Source: a virus
Lineage: Duplodnaviria; Caudoviricetes
Virus record (IMG/VR): IMGVR_UViG_3300017785_007857
Coordinates: 1 to 53,624 of that record
Reading direction: 5' to 3' (one strand)
DNA length: 53,624 bases
Part shown: positions 26,818 to 35,485 of the stretch, piece by piece
How positions within the stretch are numbered: position 1 is the stretch's first letter
How the letters are laid out: every line of letters starts with the position of its first letter
The notes under the pieces: model-generated
Told to the model about the DNA's origin: nothing
What the model saw: the letters and a program-made list of their open reading frames with translations, nothing else
Databases searched by the model: none
Position numbers and translations under genes: made by a program

Positions 26818-28334
26818 TAGTTTGTCCGAGTTATAGTGGCTCCAGATGACACTGGAACAGCAGTGGGTGGCGGTGCAGAACTGTCTGATAGATTGACCTG
26901 TACATTTACTCCGCGATTGTGATACGGGTACGGTTCGTGAGTTGGTGCTCGAGTCACAATACTCTTTAGAGCATTTTGCTGAACTAGCCAGCCTTTACTG
27001 GCATTGAAAGTTGTGTCATCTAGCACTGTTTTGGTTATTAAAGTGGGGGTCTCAACTGCTGCAGCCGATCCTCCATTGAGATCAATTCTTCCACCCTTGA
27101 ACACGAGACTACCACCGCCCTTCCAGGATCCACCTTGACTGTCCAGTGCAATAGTGCCATCACTTTTCAGCGCAAGAGCTGCTTTGCTAAACACAGTCAT
27201 TTTCTCAATGCTGCGCAATGACAGAGTTTTGTCACTTTCTATTTTGGTAATACCTGTGCTTTTCATAGAGATATTGCCCCCGGCATACATGTTGATGTCT
27301 TTGTCAGCATGTAAATTTATTGTGCCTTCAGTTCGCACATTAACGCTGTTAGTGCTGTAAACGTCTACTGTGCCTTCTTTGCCAAATTCTATCCAAGTCT
27401 GTCCATTGGCATGCATGATGTGAAAGAAGTTGCCTTCGTCATTCATCATGATTTGGTGACCTTTGGATGTGCGAAATCTAACCAAGGCATCTTGGCCTTC
27501 CAATGTTCCGTCGTCAAGTACAACACTATGGCCACCTTGACGAGCAATAACTTTGACATCTTTGGGAGCCAACTGTCCTGATGCCAATTGAGCTTTGATG
27601 GTTGCCGGTAACAATCCGCCCTGATATATTGGTCTTCCGGGAGTGCTTATTCCATACACAGTGCTGGGAGTTTCTCGCTGGGAACTTGATGTAATAGGTC
27701 CTCGCTGTATGTCTCCGTTGACTCCTTGTTGAAACATTGACGCAGCAACAACTTTGTGTATGGGTTTTATTTCGTTGAAGAACTTGGGATTTTGTTGTGT
27801 GGCAGGATTATACACATTGATCTCAACCACCGGAGCCTGTACGTCGTTGCCAAAGTATGCTTGTTCCACATTGTTGCTTTTGTCAAAATTGCTGCTGGCA
27901 CCCACGGCCGGCACCATATGATTGGCACCCTGATCTGGTATGCACCCAACATAGTATCCTCGAGTGGCATCGCCTTCTACAAAGAAACACAACACACTGA
28001 CCCCAATATCAGGAGGTGTCATCCACATTCCATAACTTTGAGGATTGCTTTCAAATGTGCCCACCCCAGGTGCTGGATTAAAATTAGGATCGTTGGATCT
28101 AGGATCAGTGGCACCATAAAATGGAGAAAGATAGCGCACGGTTCGCCACAAACTGTTGTCGTTGGCGTCGCCACCACCAAACGCTTCAATGTACACTTGA
28201 AGACGTCCTGAAAAGGTAGGATCAATGTTGTTTTTTACCACACCAATAAACGGGCCTGGATCAGCGGGTGCACCGCCTCGATCCAGTTGAAAGTTCTTGG
28301 CTCTGCCGGTGCTTCTAGTGATATTCTCTGCCAT
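26817..28334 (-). CDS. Baseplate central spike, gp5/VgrG-like (OB fold plus beta-helix)
   Basis: GVVKNNIDPTFSGRLQVYI, SYGMWMTPPDIGVSVLCFF, GHSVVLDD, GHQIMMND, beta-helix repeats, terminal PTHEPYPYH. Confidence 0.85.
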   Translation of the reverse strand: MAENITRSTGRAKNFQLDRGGAPADPGPFIGVVKNNIDPTFSGRLQVYIEAFGGGDANDNSLWRTVRYLSPFYGATDPRSNDPNFNPAPGVGTFESNPQSYGMWMTPPDIGVSVLCFFVEGDATRGYYVGCIPDQGANHMVPAVGASSNFDKSNNVEQAYFGNDVQAPVVEINVYNPATQQNPKFFNEIKPIHKVVAASMFQQGVNGDIQRGPITSSSQRETPSTVYGISTPGRPIYQGGLLPATIKAQLASGQLAPKDVKVIARQGGHSVVLDDGTLEGQDALVRFRTSKGHQIMMNDEGNFFHIMHANGQTWIEFGKEGTVDVYSTNSVNVRTEGTINLHADKDINMYAGGNISMKSTGITKIESDKTLSLRSIEKMTVFSKAALALKSDGTIALDSQGGSWKGGGSLVFKGGRIDLNGGSAAAVETPTLITKTVLDDTTFNASKGWLVQQNALKSIVTRAPTHEPYPYHNRGVNVQVNLSDSSAPPPTAVPVSSGATITRTN

Positions 28335-31300
28335 TATGTTTCCTTGACCATAAGTTGCCTATCTGTGGTAGGTATTATGTTTACCTGTATGCCCGGTAGT
28401 GTGGTAGGAATTGGCTGGTTGGCAACACCAAACGTGTTGACATTATACTGTATGCCGGCCAGTCCAACTACTGGTGTGTCAATTGTGCCTTGGCTGGTGG
28501 GATTTTCTGCAGGTGCTGCGGGCAACACAGCTGGAATCGAAATCTGTGTTGTTGTGCCTAGGTTGTTGGATCCAGTGATGGCATCGGTTCTTGCTTGGCC
28601 TGAAAATCTATCCGTGCCAATTGGCGATGATGAATTGTTTGATTCAGGCGCTGCCAGTGTGTCTGTGGCATATTGAGCTGGATTTTGAGCCGATCTGTAT
28701 ACCTGGCTGGCATTTCGTAATCCAGATGCTGAACGCTGATTTGTAGAAGCCTGGCTGAGATCACCAGCATCTTGTTTGATATTGGTTGCTTGTTGCGTAG
28801 TATTTGGTATGGGGAAAATGTAGAGGTTACCTTCCACAGTTTGTTCAAACTTGCCTTGCATAAAGAAACTTGTGATCTTGTTGGCTTTGTAAACAAAACT
28901 CTGTTTTGAAGTTTTGTTGTAACTTTTGGCAGTGAGGTTGGGTGTCATTAGCCCAGTTTCGATATCATAATCCCCGTTGCGAACCCACACTATCTCAAAC
29001 AGCACTTCACCAGCATCAGTGTTGATGGTGCCATCAGGCAAGAAAGGTTTATAGACAAATTGGCGAGCATCTACTCCGGCAAACATTTCCCCTTGCACAA
29101 TCCAAGCAGGATCACCTACGATACGTATTTTTACTGTGCCCAGATCAGCCTGACTGTATAAAAATTCTGAAGCATTAGCAGCTGGTTCGTTGACTGCGTT
29201 GTCGCCTTGCTGCGAAGTTTGATTGCTGCGTGGAGCATACCAGTATTTTCTAATTTTTTGTAGATCACTGGTTGATTGCTGCGGATTTTTATTGGCACCA
29301 CTGAGGGTGGTTCTGTAGTTATGGTTGTAACTTTGCTGGTAGTCAAGCACCGCAGTATTCTGACCAGTAAACCAGTAAGGGTAACTTTTGTGTACTCCGC
29401 TGAAATTTCCGGTAGGAAACCATGGACTGTCCATGCCTTTGATTTCATAAGGGCTCACAATAAATTTTATTTTATAGGCATAATCATTACGTCGGATATC
29501 ATAGCCTTTTTGCTCGGTAACTAAACTAATTTTAAACCAAGCAAAGGTTTTGATATTTTTTTGAGTGTCTTTAACTTCACCTGTGGTTTCGTTGACCTGT
29601 GCCAACTGTTGGTTTTCAACATATTCGCTATTTCTAAGCACCAGGTCAATGGCCTGTACAATTGGCATACCTGCGGTGATTCCCACAATACGTTGATTGG
29701 GGTTCATGGCCTGAGTTTCATCCAACAGTGCTCGTGGATTGGCATTGTTGGTCATGGGTGTGTTGCTATAAGACGATTTCAAGGCCTTTCTAACACGAGC
29801 TCCTCGCATTTCATCCAAGGCAAATTCTATAGAGTATTCATCAGCTACATCAAACACCTTGGTTTTGACCAACCGGCGTTGAAATTCGTTCAATGCTCCC
29901 ATCAGTCCGCCCACAATCGTACCCGGAGTTTGATTTGTGGCTGCATCAGCCTTGGGTGGTGCGTTGTTGCTGGGACCACCTGTGGTTCGAAGTGTACTGA
30001 GTATAGATGTATTTGTGTTGGCTTGAAACTGATTGGCTTGGGCTTGATCTGATTGAGTTGCATTGGTTGTGGTGCCACCAATATCATTACCCAGCACCTG
30101 GCCCACAGTTGATCCTGCAACCTCAATGTTGTAGGGAATAGACCCACGCGATTGGCCAACACCAACACTCTGCGCAGTGGGTGAGCCAGTCACCGTGTAA
30201 GTCACTAAGCTGCTGCTGACACTGAAAGTTACGTTGGTTATTAGAAACGGCACATACTTGGTGACCACAGCATAGGGGTCGTTGGGAGTGTTGACATCGT
30301 TGTTGTTGACTTTTTGCAATACGCCAGTTTCATCATATCCGTAGAATGAAATCTTCATCAGATAAATTGCTGCCGTATAATTTTGAATCCCACAGTAGTC
30401 GTTGGTGGCTGCTACGAGGTTCTCAATCAAAGTAATTCCGTTTGGTTCAGTGACGGTAAACTTTAAATCAGTGTTGTTGTGTGAGGCTCCACTGCCTTTT
30501 CCTGGCACAAGATTTGACAGTTCAATGGAATCAATATAATAGTCTAAACTAAAGTAAGGATTACGAGTTGGTGGTGAGGTGCCAGTCTGCCCGTTAATGG
30601 TGGTTGTGACAGATCCACCACTTGCTGCCTCTGATATGCCACCACTGCGCATCAACAATCCGCCGTGGCCTCCCCATTTTTTAGTTTGAATTAACTCATT
30701 GTAGTCTGAGGATGTCATCAACCATATTTCAGCGTTGTAGGTATAGTTGTAGTATTTGTCAAGTACATTGGCCTGTGGTGATACTGTTTGATCAAATGTA
30801 CTTGCAACTGCTTGCTGGGTGGTGTTTTTTCTAGTGCTGGCATCCTCATTCTCAGCACCAACACCGCCTGAAAACACTGTTTGTGGAGATCTATCTCCAG
30901 TAGAGATAGGGAACCCTTGGCTTGAGGTTGAAGTAACAGCCTGTGTTTCTTCTATGGTCTTTACTGGACTATCTGTACCAGTGTCCTTGACTTCGGCATC
31001 TCTTGTAACTGTGACCGTGGCATTTGATCCGCTGGGATTTTCTGGCGCGGCAGCAATTCTTCCGTCTGGTTTTATTACCTGAACCGGCGGTGCATTACCA
31101 GTGGTAGCAGCATCCTCTTGAGCTATTTGTCCAGCACTGTCACTGCCGGCCACGGCTGTGTTGGATCGTTGTGTGGTGGCCTGCTGAGCATTGGCTTCGT
31201 TCTGAGCTTCGGCTTCAGCTGCTGCTAATTCTTGACGTGCATCAATGACATCTTGGGTAGCAGTTGCAACTTGTGCCTCTAAGCTGGCAATATTATATTT

Positions 31301-31462
31301 TTTTCTCAGTGCTAGATATTCAGCAGTGCTGCGTTGAACATTTCCGGCAATTCTTTCAGCGTTGTAGGCTGCTGCTACAGTATCGTATTCAGCTTGAATT
31401 CTAGCAAGAGCTTGTTCTGCACGAGTCAGTTGCTTCCGTAGGGTTTCTACACTTAATGCCAT
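28334..31462 (-). CDS. Baseplate hub / tail protein (gp27-like position)
   Basis: 1042 aa between the gp53-like and gp5-like genes; FTVTEPNG, IRIVGDPAWI, GKFEQTVEG. Confidence 0.6.
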   Translation of the reverse strand: MALSVETLRKQLTRAEQALARIQAEYDTVAAAYNAERIAGNVQRSTAEYLALRKKYNIASLEAQVATATQDVIDARQELAAAEAEAQNEANAQQATTQRSNTAVAGSDSAGQIAQEDAATTGNAPPVQVIKPDGRIAAAPENPSGSNATVTVTRDAEVKDTGTDSPVKTIEETQAVTSTSSQGFPISTGDRSPQTVFSGGVGAENEDASTRKNTTQQAVASTFDQTVSPQANVLDKYYNYTYNAEIWLMTSSDYNELIQTKKWGGHGGLLMRSGGISEAASGGSVTTTINGQTGTSPPTRNPYFSLDYYIDSIELSNLVPGKGSGASHNNTDLKFTVTEPNGITLIENLVAATNDYCGIQNYTAAIYLMKISFYGYDETGVLQKVNNNDVNTPNDPYAVVTKYVPFLITNVTFSVSSSLVTYTVTGSPTAQSVGVGQSRGSIPYNIEVAGSTVGQVLGNDIGGTTTNATQSDQAQANQFQANTNTSILSTLRTTGGPSNNAPPKADAATNQTPGTIVGGLMGALNEFQRRLVKTKVFDVADEYSIEFALDEMRGARVRKALKSSYSNTPMTNNANPRALLDETQAMNPNQRIVGITAGMPIVQAIDLVLRNSEYVENQQLAQVNETTGEVKDTQKNIKTFAWFKISLVTEQKGYDIRRNDYAYKIKFIVSPYEIKGMDSPWFPTGNFSGVHKSYPYWFTGQNTAVLDYQQSYNHNYRTTLSGANKNPQQSTSDLQKIRKYWYAPRSNQTSQQGDNAVNEPAANASEFLYSQADLGTVKIRIVGDPAWIVQGEMFAGVDARQFVYKPFLPDGTINTDAGEVLFEIVWVRNGDYDIETGLMTPNLTAKSYNKTSKQSFVYKANKITSFFMQGKFEQTVEGNLYIFPIPNTTQQATNIKQDAGDLSQASTNQRSASGLRNASQVYRSAQNPAQYATDTLAAPESNNSSSPIGTDRFSGQARTDAITGSNNLGTTTQISIPAVLPAAPAENPTSQGTIDTPVVGLAGIQYNVNTFGVANQPIPTTLPGIQVNIIPTTDRQLMVKET

Positions 31463-31463
31463 G

Positions 31464-31763
31464 TTAGAATCCCAACACTGTTTGTAAAGTAGATATCTTT
31501 GGCAGGTATATTTGAATGCCTGCTTTAAAATCCAGCGGCGGCGCTGTCAATGTGTTGGGGTTTCGTTGATAAAATACCCACCAAAGATTGGCAGATTGAT
31601 ACAAATCATAGGCCAGCATATCTGGCCTATACTGGTATGTTAGATTGAGTTCAATCAATAGATCGTCACTGTACTTGGGCAGTGGTCTGTTAACCATTAC
31701 ACCAAGATAGAACTGATCGTACCCAGTATTGAAATAAGGACTTGTGGCATTATAGGCAGGCAT
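31464..31763 (-). CDS. Baseplate wedge protein, gp53/LysM-like
   Basis: YQYRPDMLAYDLYQSANLWWVFYQRN...IYLP. Confidence 0.85.
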   Translation of the reverse strand: MPAYNATSPYFNTGYDQFYLGVMVNRPLPKYSDDLLIELNLTYQYRPDMLAYDLYQSANLWWVFYQRNPNTLTAPPLDFKAGIQIYLPKISTLQTVLGF

Positions 31764-33448
31764 TACCAGAATCCTCCTTGTAATAAATCACCATTGGCAA
31801 AACCCTTGACTGAAAATTCTTTACTGACTTGCCGACGTGTCTGTGTTGGCAATAGAGTGATGCTGATTTCCATTGATGTTGGAACATACGTTGGTTTGCT
31901 TCCACCTAGTTCACCAGTTAGCCTCTGCTGACTGGCCTGACCAGGGTCAGCACCAATTGGTGGTTTGTTGAACAAGGTCTGAAGTCTTGACAGTGCCGAA
32001 CTAAAAGGATTGCTGGGCAATGATTGTTTGTTTCTGCGTTGCAATAGATTTAAGTTGACCTGATTGAAACTGTTGCATCTAATGTAGTCTACATTGTTGG
32101 GTAGATTATAGGTAAACGTCTGCAGCAATACCGGATGCTCATTGAATTGGTAATTACCAAACCCTGACAAAAACATCAATGGGGGCGGTGCACCAGCGTC
32201 AGCATCTTGGCCGTAAAACATCTTTGAGGCTGATCTGAAAAAATGAATCACTGCCAACAGATAGTCGGCCTCGTCGGTGCTCTGAGCTGTAAAGGTTCCG
32301 CTGATCTGTATGGGGGCAACACTTGAATTTTGATAAAAGTAACCTTTGTAGTTGCTGTGAGTTAGATCGTACTGTGAATAATTGGCATTGTAAGAAGTTT
32401 GCACACTTGGAGTATAGGGAAATATCACACCATCAGTGATCTTGAGAGGAAACAAGATAGCGGAGTCATCTATGCTTGGGTCATTGTACAAATAATTGCT
32501 GCGCGGTGCTAGTCGTAATCTTACTCGCCAATCTTTGTTGTTGACATTGCGGCGTTGCTCTCTAACAACGTTGCTGTCTCTGGCCCGCGTGAGGCCAACT
32601 GCGGTGCCATTTTCAGTGCCTGCGCCTGTGCTCAATGGAAGACTTTGAGTGACTCCTGCACCTAGACCAAGGTCCACATTTTGTGGACTGGTAATGGTAC
32701 CTAAAATGTTGGCGTTGGTTTGATCGGTAGTGAAATATCCTGTGGTGTCTGTCACAGTGTCGGGCTGGGTGACAAATCCACCGCCTGTGGTAGCTGCTGC
32801 CAGCCCCGGAGGAACAAATGGATCAACCTGGGGATTCACAGGATCCGGTATTGGGGTTACATCAAAACCAAGTTGGCCTTGTCCACCTTGGATGTAGGGA
32901 AATGCTGCGGTAGTGCTGACATCGTTAACTGTGTTGTCTTGAGCCAGTGATGCATAAGTGCTAAATCCTGCCCCTGGCGCAGTGTCAAACGATGTTATCA
33001 CTGGCTCAGTTTGCGCTACAGGAAATCCGCCAATGTCAAATTGTACGCCGGTGAATGTGTTGGTGCTGACAGGTACGTCTGGGGCTGGATAGGTGTTCAA
33101 CTGTTGTTGCCCGGGCTCTAGTGCCACTGGGCCGCCAACTACCCCTGGAAATGTGTAGGGACTTTGCGCTGTTGATAGGTTAATTGCTCCAAAACTTTGT
33201 GCAGGTTGTGTGTAGGTTGTTCCGTATGATTCTACAGTTGGTGGAGGCGCTGGATCTGTGGCTAATATAGCATTTTCGTCAGCTATGCCTAATCTTCCAA
33301 AGTTTCGACTCTGTGGATCGTTGTTGATTGCATAGTTGCCTTGATCGTCGGCGGTGATGCCAGCACCGCGATATGCTGCCTCTATGGATGCGCCATTTTG
33401 AATAAGTGCATTAAATGCTTTTGCTTTTGATGAATCGTATCCAGCCAT
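31763..33448 (-). CDS. Tail tube initiator / baseplate junction protein (gp48/gp54-like C-terminal domain); start reassigned to MAGYDSS
   Basis: GVIFPYTP...ISGTFTAQ...HFFRSASKMFYG...GAPPPLMFLSGFG...YVPT; AAGGA RBS and TAAATA upstream of 33448. Confidence 0.7.
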   Translation of the reverse strand: MAGYDSSKAKAFNALIQNGASIEAAYRGAGITADDQGNYAINNDPQSRNFGRLGIADENAILATDPAPPPTVESYGTTYTQPAQSFGAINLSTAQSPYTFPGVVGGPVALEPGQQQLNTYPAPDVPVSTNTFTGVQFDIGGFPVAQTEPVITSFDTAPGAGFSTYASLAQDNTVNDVSTTAAFPYIQGGQGQLGFDVTPIPDPVNPQVDPFVPPGLAAATTGGGFVTQPDTVTDTTGYFTTDQTNANILGTITSPQNVDLGLGAGVTQSLPLSTGAGTENGTAVGLTRARDSNVVREQRRNVNNKDWRVRLRLAPRSNYLYNDPSIDDSAILFPLKITDGVIFPYTPSVQTSYNANYSQYDLTHSNYKGYFYQNSSVAPIQISGTFTAQSTDEADYLLAVIHFFRSASKMFYGQDADAGAPPPLMFLSGFGNYQFNEHPVLLQTFTYNLPNNVDYIRCNSFNQVNLNLLQRRNKQSLPSNPFSSALSRLQTLFNKPPIGADPGQASQQRLTGELGGSKPTYVPTSMEISITLLPTQTRRQVSKEFSVKGFANGDLLQGGFW

Positions 33449-33465
33449 TATATTTCCTTGTGATG

Positions 33466-33494
33466 TATTTACCCAAATCAAAAACCACGTAGTT
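33466..33494 (-). promoter_or_regulatory. Bipartite late promoter AACTACGTGGTT-N11-TAAATA heading the baseplate operon
   Basis: Exact repeat of the 25351-25379 arrangement. Confidence 0.7.
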
Positions 33495-33503
33495 TATCAA
33501 TGG

Positions 33504-33531
33504 TTGACAAACTGGAAAAATGTTGTATAAT
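33504..33531 (+). promoter_or_regulatory. Consensus sigma70 promoter for the late sigma factor gene
   Basis: TTGACA-N16-TATAAT; AAGGAG RBS at 33543-33548. Confidence 0.85.
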
Positions 33532-33554
33532 AAGTAACTTACAAGGAGATTGAT

Positions 33555-34454
33555 TTGTCAACTGCTATCCCACGCACCGCACCCAGGGTAAACTACCTAA
33601 ACAATCGAGACATTTTAAAAGAAATACATCTAAGCAAGAACACCTATTGTTCGTTTCTTGATCGCAAAACTGATCATCAGTACGACATGATTCTTGCTGC
33701 TGTTGGTAAAATTAATCAAAAAACAGTGGCCGAGGCTCGGCGTAATCGTGCAGATCGCATCAAGCGAGAAACTGGCGAAATCATAGATCCCAAGAAAATT
33801 CCCAACACTGATTTGGTTTTTAGAATCATGACCTGGGAGCATATTCCCATGGCGCCAAAAAAAATTACCAAGGCTGCTGCAAAGAAGTCTCGAGTTGAAG
33901 AGATGTTTGAGTTTGAAGATGACACCGACGATGTTTTAGTTGAATTGGCCGATGCACCTGTGCTAGATCTAGTCTATATACGTGTGAACTTTCCTCCGTT
34001 CTGGCATTATAGAATTGATGGAAACAAAACCCCATTTTTAGTAGGTAAATCGCACTGGAAAGGTGACGTAGAGCAGGGCGAGTTTTGCAAAGAACACGGC
34101 ACTATGACCAACAAGCTGGCGCTGATGTTTCTCAAGTTATGCGAACGCTATGCCACTCGCAGCAACTGGCGTGGTTATACTTACAACGAAGAAATGCGTG
34201 GACAGGCTCTGTTACAGCTGGCACAGATAGGCCTGCAGTTTGATGAATCAAAATCACAAAATCCGTTTGCATACTATACTGCTGCCATCACCAACAGCTT
34301 TACTCGTATTTTAAATATTGAAAAGAAAATGCAAAACATACGTGATGACATCTTGGAGATAAACGGTTTGAATCCAAGTTGGACTAGACAAAATTCTGGA
34401 AAAGACTCAGGGGCAGTGATGTCCATACCGGTTGCAAGTTTCAACGACGACTAG
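33555..34454 (+). CDS. Late transcription sigma factor, T4 gp55-like
   Basis: NYLNNRDIL; NWRGYTYNEEM...FDESKSQNPFAYYT...SFTRILNIEKK; adjacent to gp47/gp46 as in T4-like phages; TTG start. Confidence 0.85.
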   Translation: MSTAIPRTAPRVNYLNNRDILKEIHLSKNTYCSFLDRKTDHQYDMILAAVGKINQKTVAEARRNRADRIKRETGEIIDPKKIPNTDLVFRIMTWEHIPMAPKKITKAAAKKSRVEEMFEFEDDTDDVLVELADAPVLDLVYIRVNFPPFWHYRIDGNKTPFLVGKSHWKGDVEQGEFCKEHGTMTNKLALMFLKLCERYATRSNWRGYTYNEEMRGQALLQLAQIGLQFDESKSQNPFAYYTAAITNSFTRILNIEKKMQNIRDDILEINGLNPSWTRQNSGKDSGAVMSIPVASFNDD

Positions 34455-34460
34455 TATAAT
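34432..34460 (+). promoter_or_regulatory. Sigma70-type promoter for gp47/gp46
   Basis: TTGCAA-N17-TATAAT with ATG 8 nt downstream. Confidence 0.65.
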
Positions 34461-34468
34461 CGTAAGTT

Positions 34469-35485
34469 ATGTCTAACTTATTCAAGAAGGCCGTGGTGTT
34501 TACGGACATCCACTTTGGCCTAAAATCCAACAGCCATGCACACAATGAAGATTGTCTGGCATTTGTCAAATGGGCTACCAAACTGGGCCAGGAGCATGGC
34601 TGTGATACTGCAATGTTTTTGGGAGACTGGCACAATCATCGTGCCAGTATCAACATTGTCACTCTCAATTATAGTCTACGAGCACTAGAGCACTTGAATG
34701 AAAATTTTAACCGTGTGTTTTTTATTCCTGGCAATCACGATCTTTATTATCGTGACCGACGTGATATACAAAGCGTGGAATGGGCACGGCACTTACCTAA
34801 CATTCATATCTGCAATGATTGGTATAGTAGTGGCGACGTGGTTATTGCTCCTTGGCTCGTTGGCGATGATCATAAGCGCATTCCAAAACTAACAGGCAAG
34901 TACATGTTTGGGCACTTTGAACTGCCGGGCTACTTGATGAATGCCATGGTGGCCATGCCTGATTATGGCGAAGTTCGACGAGAAGATTTCACAGGCTTTG
35001 AACATGTGTTCACTGGACACTTTCACAAACGCCAGACACAACGAAACATTACCTACATTGGAAATTGTTTCCCTCATAACTACGCCGACGCCGGTGACGA
35101 CGAACGAGGCGCAATGATCTTGGAATGGGGTCAGGAGCCTGAGTTTCATGCCTGGCCTGATCAGCCTACCTATCGTGTGCTAAACTTGTCTGATGTGATT
35201 GACAATGCACCAAATCTATTAAAGCCCAAGATGCATGTTCGGGTAGGACTGGACATTGAAATCAGTTACGAAGAAGCAAACTTTATCAAAGAAACATTTA
35301 TCAAAGATTACCATCTTGCTGAGATGGCACTGGTACCAAACAAAAATTTAGAAATTGACACAGACATGGCACCCGGAAATATAAAATTTGAATCTGTGGA
35401 TCAAATTGTCATAGATCAACTTTCCAACATTGAAAGTGAATTTTATGATTCAAAACTGCTTTTAAAAATCTATCAGAGTCTATGA
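34469..35485 (+). CDS. Recombination nuclease subunit, gp47/Mre11/SbcD-like metallophosphoesterase
   Basis: DIHFG, GDWHN, GNHD, GHFE and GHFH motifs. Confidence 0.95.
   Translation: MSNLFKKAVVFTDIHFGLKSNSHAHNEDCLAFVKWATKLGQEHGCDTAMFLGDWHNHRASINIVTLNYSLRALEHLNENFNRVFFIPGNHDLYYRDRRDIQSVEWARHLPNIHICNDWYSSGDVVIAPWLVGDDHKRIPKLTGKYMFGHFELPGYLMNAMVAMPDYGEVRREDFTGFEHVFTGHFHKRQTQRNITYIGNCFPHNYADAGDDERGAMILEWGQEPEFHAWPDQPTYRVLNLSDVIDNAPNLLKPKMHVRVGLDIEISYEEANFIKETFIKDYHLAEMALVPNKNLEIDTDMAPGNIKFESVDQIVIDQLSNIESEFYDSKLLLKIYQSL

Noticed and set aside
7793-33481. The many 60-180-aa plus-strand and alternate-frame ORFs in the track (e.g. 12182-12727, 27756-28211, 29561-30052)
   Set aside because: Shadow ORFs lying entirely within well-supported genes, with no RBS, promoter or recognisable motifs.
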